DNA of 64,000 bases, from the NCBI GenBank assembly GCA_964016885.1, contig OZ024740.1, forward strand, positions 140,926,001 through 140,990,000, given 5' to 3'. Under the pieces are notes generated by a model. That model saw only the letters and a list, made by a program, of their open reading frames with translations. It did no database searches and had not been told where the DNA came from. This DNA is from Eledone cirrhosa (taxonomy: Eukaryota). A program made the position numbers and the translations under genes. Below, piece by piece: positions 37,969-52,113 of this stretch (its first letter is position 1; each line of letters opens with the position of its first letter).

Positions 37969-38914
37969 TTCAACTGTTATTTGATGTATTAAAAATGACC
38001 TTGGCAGGATTTGAACTTAAAATGCAGAGAGCAAAAAGCAAATATTGCAAAACCTTTTGTCATATACTTTAACAATTCTGCCAATTACAGCTGAGTTCTT
38101 ATATCAAATGGCAGCTACTGTTGTGTAGTTACCAACTGCAGCAGTGCAATGCTGATATCAACAACTGAAGTTTAGATTAGCAATATCAATAGTAATATCG
38201 ATATCAACACTATGTTGCTGATATTAACACCAACAAAGTACTGCAGATACGAACATCATTACTGCAGTGAAAATGTGAACATTTGTATTGACAGTAGTAA
38301 CAACAAGAGAGCATCACCAATCACAATACCAACAAAACATTATCCTTGATATAACAGGATAGCTGACAAGATAATCAAAATGTTGGATAAAATTAAGCAA
38401 TGCTATCTTCTCTTTTTCTCTCTCTATCTTTCAATCACTTAACAGCATCATTTAATAGCTCATCTATTCTCCCACCTCAACTTCATCTGAGTCTATCAGA
38501 TAACACTTGTTAGATACAGATCCATTCAATTAATTTATTTAAGCTCTGAGCAATGACAGATTTTCCAAGAATTTTCAAATGAAATCATAATGTTGATCTT
38601 TAGCTTTAGTTGTATTTTTTTCCTGTTTAGTTTAGAAAGGAAAGACAGTATCCATAATTTTTTTTCATGCACTCTGAGACTGGTGGGACAAAGGGAAGAA
38701 ATTATTCTGGAACTAGAGACTTGATTCAAATGCTTGTAACAACATGAAATCTGCTTAAGACACCCACCAAAAGATCAGGTGGTAGTGTTAATCTAGGCGA
38801 TAGTTTGAGTTTACCACCCCAAAATTTAGAATGTAAAGAGCCAGAACAAATACTGCATGGCATCTTCATCAAAAGATGTAAGACAAAGTTGATCTTAGCA
38901 GAATTTGCCTAAAC

Positions 38915-39530
38915 AGTTATTTTATGGGGAGCTGACCAGAGGACAAAGGCCACAGCATAAACCAAATAAGCAATTTAGGGATGTCACAAAAGACAATCTT
39001 AAAACTCTGAAGATTGATATGGAGAAATGGGAGACTGGCTGAAGGCTGTACATATGGAGAATGATCATCAAGTATGGATGTGATGTCTTCGAGAAAAAGT
39101 GAGTGGAGCATGTTGTTTTGAAGCATTCTCTCCATAAGCAGGACCCAAGTGCCTGCAAAAATCCAGTACGAATTGAGGTGCAATGTATGTGGTTGATTTC
39201 TTCTATCAAGAGCTGGATTTGTCAACCATCTGAAATCACAGGAGCCAGGGAGAAATCAAGCCACTTATGAGATGGTGCTATTGCTATTTGTACTCCCCCA
39301 TACATTTGCAGTGAGTACGGCTTAATTGGCAAGTCAGCTGGTGGATTGACCAGACAGTAAAATGTAAGCAGTCACACCTCAGCCGGTATTGCCAGGAGAC
39401 AGACAGCTCAAGAGTCGCATCTGCGAATGTGCCTGCAAAACAAAAGTAGGTCTGAAAAGTCATTTGCATGCACATGATCGTGCAATGTTCAATGAAGGGA
39501 TAGCACTCTTCTGGCAAGAAGTAGCAATCA
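38915..39530 (+). mobile_element. RTE (BovB-like) 3' fragment with C-terminal C2H2 zinc-finger remnants
   Basis: LFYGELTRGQRPQHKPNKQFRDVTKDNLK...WE; CNVCG...GFVNHLKSH; CECACKTKVGLKSHLHAH. Confidence 0.7.
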
Positions 39531-40467
39531 GCATAGTATATATATATATATATATATTATGAAATACTGTTGGCTTCACGCTCACAATAATTTCTATACT
39601 TTCATTTATATATATATAAAATGTATATGTGTGTGGTTGTGTGTGTGTGTATACACACACAAACAAATTCAGTTCATGCATTAGAGATCAAACTTTAAAA
39701 AAAAAATCTTTTGCATTTAGCAACAACATTTACAAATGAAAATATATGAAATAATAAAAAAAAAGAATATATACAATACGAAAATGAAGAGATAAATATG
39801 AGGAAATATAAAAAAAAAATAAAAGCAAAAAAATTAAAATTAAATAAACAAAGGAAAATACATTTTGAGAAATACGTTTTAGAGTAGATAATCCTTTACT
39901 ATCTTTAGTAGTATTACAAGGACAAACGATTATAGATGGAATTCTGTAGAAAAGGGGAAAAAAGAATGAAGTCTAAAGCAGATTAATGTTATGACTTCTC
40001 TCAAACGAAGCTTTAGAAGAATTTCTGCAAATGTTCTTGGCAACATTACTTGAAGATAGTTATGTCTCCACTGGATTAAGTGGAGATTTTCAAACAAAAA
40101 CCTATAAAAAATCTTGCAAATCTATCCACCACAACCATCAGCATTACCACTACATCTGTTGTTGAACTCAAATCCAAACTAAGCAACAGTTTAAATATAT
40201 ATATAATACATAGGTGTAGGCATGGCTGTGTCGTTAAGACACTAGCTTCATAACCACATGGTCGTTGGTTCTATTCCACAGCATGGGATATTGAGTAAAA
40301 TCATAATAGTCTTTTACATGTCTAATGAATTGTGAGTAAATTTGGTAGAGAGAAACTTAAAACATAAAGCTTTAAATTTGCCTTTTCTGACTGTAGAGAC
40401 AAACATATAGCCAAAACTTAAAAATCACTCCTTTTTTCTTTGAAAAATAATATACATACACACACAC

Positions 40468-40504
<37 letters not shown>

Positions 40505-41037
40505 TATGCAGTCACATAAAATATTACGGCTATAGAAAAATAGTCTAAATAATAGGGTATATAATGGAAAAAAAAATGGACATTAGCATTTGCACACACC
40601 TTCATACTTGTTGGGTAGAAATGCAACCATTACACCATGGTCAATTTTGAAGTTGTACTTGTCTGGCAAATGAATTGATCTGGACTGTGTGTTCAAACTA
40701 AAGCAATTACAGTGTAGAAGAGTCAGTATTAGTGACCAGGTTGCAGGTAGTGTGAGGAAAATCCTGACACCACAAATTAGATATTAAATATAAAATAAAG
40801 TCAACAGTTTAGAGTGTTTTTGAGTGACTAAAATAACATTTTCATGCTGTAATTGTTATATAAAATATGAAAATCGATTAAAGATGTCTATTATTTTTTC
40901 AATTTACAGGGAAATTCATAATTTCTGGCATGTTTACATGTCTAAAAATTAGATATGTACATATATTTATACACGTTGGTGCAGTTTCAGCTACACACTA
41001 TTTATTTATATAAACATCAGCTGCTAACGCACTCTTA

Positions 41038-41072
<35 letters not shown>

Positions 41073-41076
<4 letters not shown>

Positions 41077-41409
41077 TCATCACCATCATCATTTTACGTC
41101 CGCTTTTCCCAGCTTGCAAGGGTGGGACGGGAACTGATTCTGGCTTGATTTCTAAAGCTGGATGCCCTTCCTAACACCAACCTCATTTACAGTGAGTGCT
41201 GGGTGCTTTTTTGCCGTGGCACCTCCACGACCACTTTGCAGTGGAATGATATGGATCCCAGTCCCTATCATCTCATCTCATGAGTAAACTGGAGCAATGT
41301 GAAATAAAGTGTCTTGCTCAAGGAAACAACACATCACCCGGTCTGAGAATTGAACTCACAACCTTTCGATTGCAAGGCCAATGCTCTAACCACTAAGCCA
41401 TGTGCCTCC
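41073..41409 (-). mobile_element. SINE family B, full length, inserted in (TA)n
   Basis: tRNA head ggcacatggcttagtggttagagc...gagttcaattctc, CORE-like ccttgagcaagacactt, RTE-like tail, (TGA)n. Confidence 0.9.
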
Positions 41410-41513
41410 ATATATGTATATATAAGCAAAGGGATATTTAATTTGTTGGTAATTCAACAAATATATTTATAACAGATTCGAACGAAGCACTCGACAGATT
41501 TTCTGGAGTATAA

Positions 41514-41797
41514 TATCAATGATATTAATAAATGGAAACTATATTTATAAAACCATATTTATTCTATTATATATATTTCAAGGGTACCAAAAATTTGGTA
41601 CACTCTCCTTTTTCCCTTTTTCTCTCTTTCCTTTCACTATCCAGGTGAAACTTGAACCGTTAAGGTCTCATTCCTGGATATGTCAATATTTATAAAATCT
41701 GATGAGAGCATACCAAAGTTTTGGTACCCTTGAAATATATATAATAGAATAAATATGGTTTTAGACATATAGTTTCCATTTATTAATATCAATGATA
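41514..41797. repeat. Inverted Penelope-type pseudo-LTR pair with hammerhead-like motifs
   Basis: Arms of about 94 bp (41514-41607 / 41704-41797); CTGATGA at 41699, hairpin, GAAA at 41732; second GAAAC...GTC half in the spacer. Confidence 0.7.
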
Positions 41798-42234
41798 TAT
41801 ATATATATAGCCAGAAGAGATCGCAATTTGCATAAACCTATTTTCCCTCTAAGAAAATTTTTTCATTTCTGCCACTACCCACTCTCCTCTATCTTTCTAT
41901 TTCTTCTTTAATTTCTCATTCTATTTCCCGATGAAGGACTAGCATCTGTAATGTTAAGGTTTTTTTTTCTATGATATCTAGCATAAAACTTATAATATAT
42001 TTCTTCATTGTAATGTGTTGTTTGCTTCATTATTTCTGTTTGCCTTTTGCATATACATATATATAAGGAGAAATTTATTGTGCGTTCAATCTTTAACATA
42101 TGTTTTTGCACAATTATATAACTGTCTACATGTGCTGACTGCATATTCACCTCAAACATAATTGATTTGATCTACACATATGAAATTTAATTTATTTTAT
42201 CCTAAATTGCTACCCACTGCTTACCATCACACCT

Positions 42235-43070
42235 AGGCATATCTATAAAGAACATACCATACCCTCACAATAATGAATACACAAGGATCTAATCCCCAAA
42301 ACAAATGATTTCATCTGCCATGTTAGATGGAAAGCTTTCCACTTTGAAAATAGGAGAAATAATCCTAATGGAAACCTGAATTCCTATAAAAACCTACTGC
42401 ATAACCCAGATTTAGAAGCCTTTGAGACCAACCTAATGGATCTGATCAGTAATGTTAGATTTAGGAAGTACCGGTACCACAATAATTTCGATCTACTATG
42501 GATCGACTGAAAAAAATTAAAGGTGTACTCATCCATGCCAATGAGACCGGCAATATCTATTCCTTAGACATTGATACTTATAAGAATTTCATACTTAAGG
42601 AACTGCATAAAAATTATAGTAAGATGAATATGTCTACCATTAATGATATTAATAGAGAGGGCCTAGCCATAGTAATTAAATTAGGTACAGCTGATCAAAC
42701 TGAATCATATGTATATCAACAACTAACTTTCAACTTAAAGGATCATAAAAATAATTTAAAGTCTAACCCATCTATTAGATTAATTTGTCCTTCTAAATCT
42801 GACATAGGACGTATCAGCAAAAATGTATTAGATAGAGTAATAATCCAGATGAGAAATAAGTTGTCAATTAAACTTTGGGACAATACTAAGGAAGTAATTG
42901 ACTGGTTCACTCGAATAGAGGACAGGGCATTATACAATTTAACATAGATGATTATTATTCCTCTATCTCACCTGTTCTTAATAAAGCCCTTATGTTTGCC
43001 ATGTTCAACTCTAACCTTACTAGGGATGAAGTAGATATAGTGTTGACTGCTAGATATTCTGTAATAATGA
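42235..43070 (+). pseudogene. Penelope-like element RT remnant, Naiad-type
   Basis: SIKNIPYP...VRWKAFHF, LKDHKNNLKSNPSIRLICPSKSDIGRISKNVLD, QFNIDDYYSSIS...LNKALMFA. Confidence 0.7.
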
Positions 43071-43074
43071 ATAT

Positions 43075-43572
43075 TGGAATAGGAGACCTGCCCTCCCATG
43101 TGCACGAGCTGAGGCATATATCTAGTATGCAACACCTTCCCTACCATCACCCCCCTCCCATACACCTCCATTGCTGTAATCATCCTACCCCTATACTTAC
43201 ATCCCCAATTCCCCAGGTATCTTCCCCACCCCTATCCCATGCAAGTCCCTCAACCCACACCATAAAGTGGTTCCCATGGAGCTACGACAAACAAAAAAAG
43301 TGCCCAGTCAACACTGTAAAGGGGTCATGTAGGCGACACAACAAAAAGTGTCCAGTCCACACTATAAAGTGGTCATGTGGGTGTCACAACAAAAAACATC
43401 CAGCACACACTATAAGTGTGGTTGGCATTAGGAAAGGCATCCAGACATAGAAACCAAACCAAAAATCAGTTCTGTGTGAGCGAAGCATATTCCTCCAAAC
43501 TGATCTCTCACAACAGGGCAAACTGTCCTACACATACTAGCATGGAAAATGGACGTTAAACGATGATGATAC
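43075..43572 (+). mobile_element. RTE 3' end/3' UTR fragment with tandem modules
   Basis: cctcccatgtgcacgagctgaggcatat resembles the intact RTE stop region; tggacgttaaacgatgatga tail. Confidence 0.7.
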
Positions 43573-44191
43573 CATATATTGCTAGATATACCAAACACAT
43601 ATTTACATGAATACATCTATGTCAGAACGAACACCTTAAATATATATTTGTGTATGTGAGTGTGTACATATATACATGTACATGTGAATAAATATATACA
43701 CAATCATATGCATGAATACATGTAGTCATGTATATATATTTAAATATTCAAACATTTATGTGAGTGTGTGTGTGGGTGCATGTGTAAATGTGCAGATATG
43801 TGTTTCTGCTATTGATGAATTTAGTTCAGTGACTTGTGTTTATTTCTATATTGGAAAGGCTAAAAATAACTGAAAGTCTTGCTTCATTTTACTATGATTA
43901 GGCAATAGTTGCTGCTTCTAAAGACCTACATCTCTCAACAGATGTACTAAAAACAGAACAATAGAATCGATGGTACACTAACACACCACTGACATAATCA
44001 CTCTCCCCTTTTCAATATTCCTGCAATGTTCAATAGATCAATAAGTGGAAAGCCTGCATCTTTCCATTGTCATGTGCTTACACAGATATTTCATAACTTT
44101 CACCTATCATGTAGTATAAAACAATGACTATAAGAAAATTTGCAATTCCTTTGACTAAATGTAAAAAAATAATTTAATTGAAAATGGCATT

Positions 44192-44360
44192 CATATATAT
44201 ATATATATACATATATACATATATATTTATATACATATATATATATACATATTTATATACATATATATACATATATATATACATATATATACATATATAC
44301 ATATATATATACATATATATATATAAATATATATATATACATATATATACATATATATAT
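44192..44360. repeat. (TA)n/(TATAC) microsatellite
   Basis: Direct inspection. Confidence 0.95.
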
Positions 44361-44987
44361 GTGATGCGCATGAAAAACGACAGCTGCATAAAATAGTGAA
44401 GGGCGATCAAAATTAATGGTAGTTACGGAGTAGGTAGACCCAGAAAAACCTGGGACGATCTGATAAATTCCGACCTTACACACTTACACCTCTCTAAGAC
44501 AATGTCACTGGACCGAGATCTTTGGCGCTACGCAGTAATACAGAAGACCCACCTTGCCTATGTACAAAGCGAAACCTACAGTCAGTAGGCACCTCTTAAC
44601 TAAATATACACCCCAATCCACTACCCCCTGCCCTATCCTCCCACTCTCACCAACACCACCCTCTCTCTGTAAAGTTGGTACCACAACATCCAGTCCAAAT
44701 AAATGAGATAATGAGATGGAGATCGAGTAGGTGGCACAACAAAAAAAACAAAAAAAAAATACTCACAGTCCACGCTGTAATGTGGCCGTGTAGGTAACAC
44801 GGTAAAAAGTTCCCAGTTACACACTGTAAATGTGGTTGGTGTTAGGAAGGGCATCCAGCCGTAGAAAGCCTGCCAGATAGTCCTATACGAGCGAGACACG
44901 GTCACCCAACCAACCTTGCTTCAAGTGGCACAACTCCTGTCTAACCCATGCTAGCGTGGAAGATGGAGGTTAAATGATGATGATGAT
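44360..44987 (+). mobile_element. 5'-truncated RTE family 2 copy, flanked by (TA)n
   Basis: [11 protein letters not shown]...GVGRPRKTWDDLINSDL, 3' UTR and (TGA)n; inverted relative to the element starting at 45001. Confidence 0.9.
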
Positions 44988-45000
44988 ATATATATATATA

Positions 45001-48000
45001 CATCATCATCATCATCATCGTTTAACGTCCATTTTCCACGCTTGCATGGGTTTGGACGGGAGTTTTCCCACTTGAGGCAAGATTTGTTGTCTTGCTCATA
45101 TAGGACTGTCTGGTGGGTTTTCTATGGCTGGATGCCCTTCCTAACACCAACCACATTTACAGTGTGGACTGGGAGGTTTTTACTGTGTTACCTACACGGC
45201 CATATTACAGCGTGGACTGTGTGTTTTTTTGTCATGACACCTACATGTCTAGCGGGTTTTCTACGGCTGGGTGCCCTTCCCAACACCAACCACGTTTACA
45301 GTGTGGACTGGGAGCTTTTTACCGTGTTACCTACACGGCCACATTACAGCGTGGACTGTGTGTTTTTTTGTCGTGACACCTACACGACCTCATTTGTTTC
45401 GGACTGGATGTTGTTGTACCAACATTTAAGGGGTGGTGTAGATGGGGTGGGGGTAGTGGGACGGGGGTGTATTTTGTTAGAGGTGCCTACTGACTGTAGG
45501 TTTCGCTTTGTAATTAGGCAAGGCGGGCCTTCTGTATGACTGTGTAGCGCCAAAGGTCTCGGTCCAGTGACATTGTCTTGGAGAGGTGTATGTGTGTGAG
45601 GTCGGAATTTATCAAGTCGTCCTAGGTTTTTCTGGGTCTGCCTACTCCGTGGCTACCGTCTATTTTTATCACTCTGCACTTTTTTATACAGCTGTCGTCT
45701 TTCATGCGCATCACGTGACCGTACCAACATAATCTTCTCTCGAGTAAACAACATCTGATCCCTCTTATTCCTTATTTCTCCCTTAGTTCGTTTATGCTAT
45801 GCTGTTCACGTATATTACTATTACACATCCAGCGGAGCATGCAAGCTTCATTTCTCTCCAGTCTGTGTATATCCTCTGCACACAATGCCCAGGTCTCACT
45901 GCCATGTAACATTGCTGTTCGTATGCAGGCATCATACAGCCTGCCTTTCATTTTTAGAGAGAACCCTTTAGCGGCCAATAGTGGTATAAGCTCTCTGAAC
46001 TTTTTCCATCTTGTTCTGACTCTAGCTACTGTACTTTCAGAGCACCCTCCCCCACTGCTGATTTTGTCACCCAGGTAACGGAAGGTGTCCACTATTTCTA
46101 TAGAACCATCTGTGCAATGGAATGAGCTAGTATTCTGTGGGCACTTGCTGCTACTAATTGCACCAGAGCACCGGCCACATATAAAATCTATATTCTTAGT
46201 TAGCTTACCTGTGATCCCACTACATCTTTTATGCACCCATACTTTGCATTTGGGACATAAAATGGAGTTTCTGCCTACTCCTTTCCTACACACTGAGCAT
46301 GGCCATTTCCCAGATGGGACCGGTGCCCTATTTTCCTTCCTACAAACTAGAACATTAGTCTTAGACAAGTTAACTTTAAGGCCTTTTGATTCTAGGCCAT
46401 GCTTCCATGTTTGGAATTTCTTCTCTAGTTCAGCCATTGATTCAGCTATGAGCGTTAGATCATCTGTATATAGGAGTTCCCATGGGCAGCCGGTCTTGAA
46501 CTCCTCTGTTATAGCCTGAAGGGCAATAATAAATAGTAGGGGGCTAAGAATGGAGCCCTGATGAACACCAACTTTTACGCTAAACTCTTCACTATATTCG
46601 TTGTTAATTCTAACCTTGCTGACTGTTTCTTTATACATGGCTTGTATAGCTCTCACAAGCCATTCATCAACACCTAGTTTTCTAAGCGCCCACCAGATAA
46701 TGGAGCGGGGGACTCTGTCAAAGGCTTTCTCCAAGTCAACAAAAGCTAAGTATAGGGGTTTACTTTTAGCTAGGTACTTCTCCTGTAGTTGTCGTACAAT
46801 GAAAAGAATGTCTGTGGTACTTTTACCTGACACAAACCCGAACTGCATTTCATCTAGATCAATTCGTTCTCTGATTAGTTGCGCTATTACTTTTTCTGTG
46901 ACCTTCATGACCTAGTTGATTAATTTAATGCCTCTATAGTTACCCCTATCTAGGGCATCTCCTTTACCCTTGTAGCAGTTAATGATGATGCTGCTACGCC
47001 AGTCCTTCGGAACGACCCCATTCTGTATAACTTGGTTTACTATCCGGGTGACCATAGTGTGTCCCACCGTTCCAGATGCTTTCAGCATTTCAGCAACTAT
47101 TTCCGAAGGCCCAGCCGCCTTACCCGTCTTCATATCTTTGATTGCCTTACTTATTATACTACCTTCAACTAGCACTGCTGGTCCCTCTATTGGATCGATG
47201 TGGGGGAGACTGTCTTTCTCCCATTTATTCAGCAGGTTAGCTTTCAGGAATTCCCACTGTTCCTCTATATTGTACGACTCTAATTGCTCTTCCTTACTGT
47301 CGAAAGCATCAAGTAATATGCTTTTAAATTTATTACTGGCTGTGGGGTCCTTTAGCTTCCATATTTTGCTCCTGAGGATAGTTCTCCTCTGTTGTCGAGT
47401 ACGTTTTGTCCCGACTATGCGGTCTCTGACTATGAGTCTATGTTGGGAGGTGCATTCTTCATCGGGGAGGGATTTAGTGTTTACAACAAACACTCTATCA
47501 CGTCTTCTGGTAAGGATATAATCTATCTGACTGGCGTGTTCCCCTGATCTATAGGTGATCAAGTGATTGTCTCGTTTTTTGAAGTTAGTGTTACAGATAG
47601 TTAGGTTATTTGCGTCACAGAATTCCAGGATTCTGGAGCCTTCCTCATTTCTAGTACCAAACCCATAGCCTCCATGGATTCCGTCATAGTCGTCACAATG
47701 TTGTCCAACGTGACCATTTAGGTCGCCAGCAATAATTATGTAGTCACTGTCGGTTATTTGGGAGGTAGTGAGATCAAGGTCTCATAGAATCTGTCTTTTA
47801 TAGCGCCAGGTAGTCCGGATTGGGGTGCATACGCAGATATTACTGTCACAGTAGTTCTATTTAGGACAAGTCTTATTTTAATTATTCTGTCGTTCACTCT
47901 ATTTACGTCTATTATCTTATCTACCCATTTTTCTGCTAACATGATTCCTACCCCACCCAGCCCATTGTCATTTCCCCCCAGAAAAGCTTATAGCATTGTT

Positions 48001-48590
48001 TTTTACCCACAATGAATCTAGCAGACCCACCTCTCCACCTGGTCTCTGGGATACAGCAAACATCAACCTCCTTACGCTCAAGCATTTCTACAACCTCGTT
48101 AGAGCGACCTTTTAAGGTGCCTACATTCATGGTACCAACTCTGAAGTTTTGGATTGCGTTTGGTGGGTGGGAACGGTGGCGCGCGGGGAGGGGTGAGGGG
48201 GATGGGTTGGGGTTATGTTGGCCATCTGCGGCCGAAACAAAGAGGAGGAGTCCTTGTCTTTTCGTCCGGCAGCATGAGGTGAATTTGTCTTTGGCATTGT
48301 CACTAAGTGTCCAGATTTTTTCAGACTCTCCAGAATTCCATAGTCCATCCATCATATCAGCAAGCAACCAGAAGTGATAGCATAGGCCGCTAACTTATGA
48401 TTGGTCCTAATAATAATGGTGGAGAGGGGGGCGGTTGGAGGGGTATGGGGTAGTTAGCGAGAGGGTTTAAATGAAATCTTCGAATTTTGGGCATAATTGG
48501 ACAAGCATATAACAGTAATAATAAGCGAATAATGGGGTTTTAAAATACAAGAAGATTAATTAGAACAACCAGACAGAATTATAGAATAGC
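45001..48590 (-). mobile_element. RTE family 2 LINE, near full length, with internal deletion, stops and frameshifts
   Basis: ORFs 47948..48367, 47754..47942, 46912..47562 and 45772..46908 are collinear with 7851-11129; YADD changed to YTDD; about 135-bp tandem duplication in the 3' UTR. Confidence 0.93.
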
Positions 48591-48629
48591 ATATAGATAT
48601 ACATATATATATATATTTATTAAAATAAC

Positions 48630-48803
<174 letters not shown>

Positions 48804-49155
48804 GGCACATGGCTTAGTGGTTAGAGCATTGGCCTCGCAATTGAAAGGTTGTGAGTTCAATTCTCAGACCGGGTGATGTGTTGTTTCCTTGAGCAAGACA
48901 CTTTATTTCACATTGCTCCAGTTTACTCAGCTGTAGAAATGAGATGATAGGGACTGGGGTCTCTATCATTCTACTGCAAAGTGGTCGTGGAGGTGCCACG
49001 GCAAAAAAAAGCACCCACCACTCACTGTAAATGAGGTTGGTGTTAGGAAGAGCAACCAGCTGTTGAAATCAAGCCAGAATCACTTCCTGTCCCACCCTTG
49101 CAAGCAGGGAAAAAGCAGACGTAAAATGAAATGATGATGATGATGATGATGATGA
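48804..49155 (+). mobile_element. SINE family B, full length
   Basis: tRNA head with A/B boxes, CORE-like body, RTE tail, (TGA)n. Confidence 0.9.
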
Positions 49156-49646
<491 letters not shown>

Positions 49647-49986
49647 ATCATCATCATCATTTCATTTTATGTCCACTTTTCCCTGCTTGCAAGGGTGGGA
49701 CAGGAACTGATTCTGGCTTGATTTCTACAGCTGGATGCCCTTCCTAACACCAACCTCATTTACAGTGAGTACTGGGTGCTTTTTTGCCGTGGCACCTCCA
49801 CGACCACTTTGCAGTGGAATGATAGGGACCCCAGTCCCTATCATCTCATTTCTACAGCTGAGTAAACTGGAGCAATGTGAAATAAAGTGTCTTGCTCAAG
49901 GAAACAACACAACACCCGGTCTGAGAATTGAACTCACAACCTTTCGATTGCAAGGCCAATGCTCTAACCACTAAGCCATGTGCCCC
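49647..49986 (-). mobile_element. SINE family B, full length
   Basis: Inverted partner of 48804-49155. Confidence 0.9.
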
Positions 49987-49998
49987 CATATATATATA

Positions 49999-50296
49999 TT
50001 CGGCCGCGGATGGCTAACATCACACCATCCAGGCCGAAACAAATGAGATCGTGTAGGTGTCATGACAAAAAAACACACAGTCCACGCTGTAATGTGGCCG
50101 TGTAGACAACACGGTAAAAACCTCCCAGACCCACACTGTAAATGTGGTTGGTGTTAGGAAGGGCATCCAACTGTAGAAAACCCGCCAGACAGTTCTATGC
50201 GAGCAAGACAATCACTCTTGCCTCAAGTGGGAAAACCCCCATCCAAACCCATGCAAGTGTGGAACACGGACGTTAAACGTTGATGATGATGATGAT
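49999..50296 (+). mobile_element. Chimeric RTE family 2 mini-copy (start-codon region fused to 3' UTR)
   Basis: ttcggccgcggatggctaacat matches the 5' ATG region of the 7578 and 45001 elements; the rest is 3' UTR and tail; TA flanks. Confidence 0.7.
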
Positions 50297-50319
50297 ATAT
50301 ATACATGATGATGATGATG

Positions 50320-51168
<849 letters not shown>

Positions 51169-51499
51169 AAATTAATAAAAATAATGAATAAAAACAAAGA
51201 AACAGTTCATATATTAAAAAATTCATCATTTTACGATCGTTTCTAGGATATATATGTTTGTGTTGGTGTGTATATCATATAGATCTATGTAAAATGTTTA
51301 CAAACTATCAGAGGGAATATACATACCTACACATATATATGCTGTCTTCAGAAATAATGATATTTGTTTATTGAAAAAAACCAACAAAGATTTAATATAA
51401 TAGGTCTGTTTGGGAACAGGTTTTGAATAACTATGCTGCAAAGCATGGTGCCTGATGCTCTACTCATACTGACAATCCAACACCCTCAGAAGATATATA

Positions 51500-51770
51500 A
51501 TGACTTTTACAGGACTAGAACTGTCTCATCATCATCATCGTTTAAGATCTATCTTCCACGCTAGCATGGGTTTAGATGGGAATTGTCCTACTTGAGGCAA
51601 GATTGGTCGGGTGACCATGTCTCGCTCGTATAGGACCGTCTAGCAGCTTTTCTATGGCTGGATGCCCTTCCTAACACTAACCACGTTTACAGTCTCATTT
51701 GTATAAAATCATCGGGAACATCACCTGAATGCCAACATTCCTGATGATTTCATACAAATGAAACAGTACT
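51500..51770. repeat. Hammerhead-like palindrome interrupted by an RTE tail insertion (51530-51691, minus) with TSD gtctcat
   Basis: CTGATGA-t-ttc-atac-aaa-t-GAAACAG at 51741-51766; inverted arm split by the insertion; gtctcat at 51523-51529 and 51692-51698. Confidence 0.7.
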
Positions 51771-51966
51771 TTTTTTAACTGTCTACCCCCGACACAACTC
51801 TAGAATCTACATATATATATCAATCAAGCAATCAGGAAACACAGAGTAGTAACAGAGAGTAATCTCAGTTATATAATAAATATTATACTCTACTTTGATA
51901 CTGAACACTTTTTCTTAGTGTTTGCAAACCAAATGTATGTACATTACATGTAAGTATACTTATATA

Positions 51967-52113
51967 GGGCATCCAGCTGTAGAAAACCCGCCAGACAGTC
52001 CTATGCGAGCAAGACAACCACTCTTGCCTCAAGTGGGAAAACTCCCATCCAAACCCATGCAAGCGTGGAACATGGACGTTAAACGATGATGATGATGATG
52101 ATGATGATGATGA
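51967..52113 (+). repeat. RTE 3' tail fragment in TA context
   Basis: Near-identical to 50161-50296. Confidence 0.85.

Noticed and set aside
48804-48880. tRNA gene
   Set aside because: tRNA-like head continues into SINE body and tail in several copies; no acceptor stem closure
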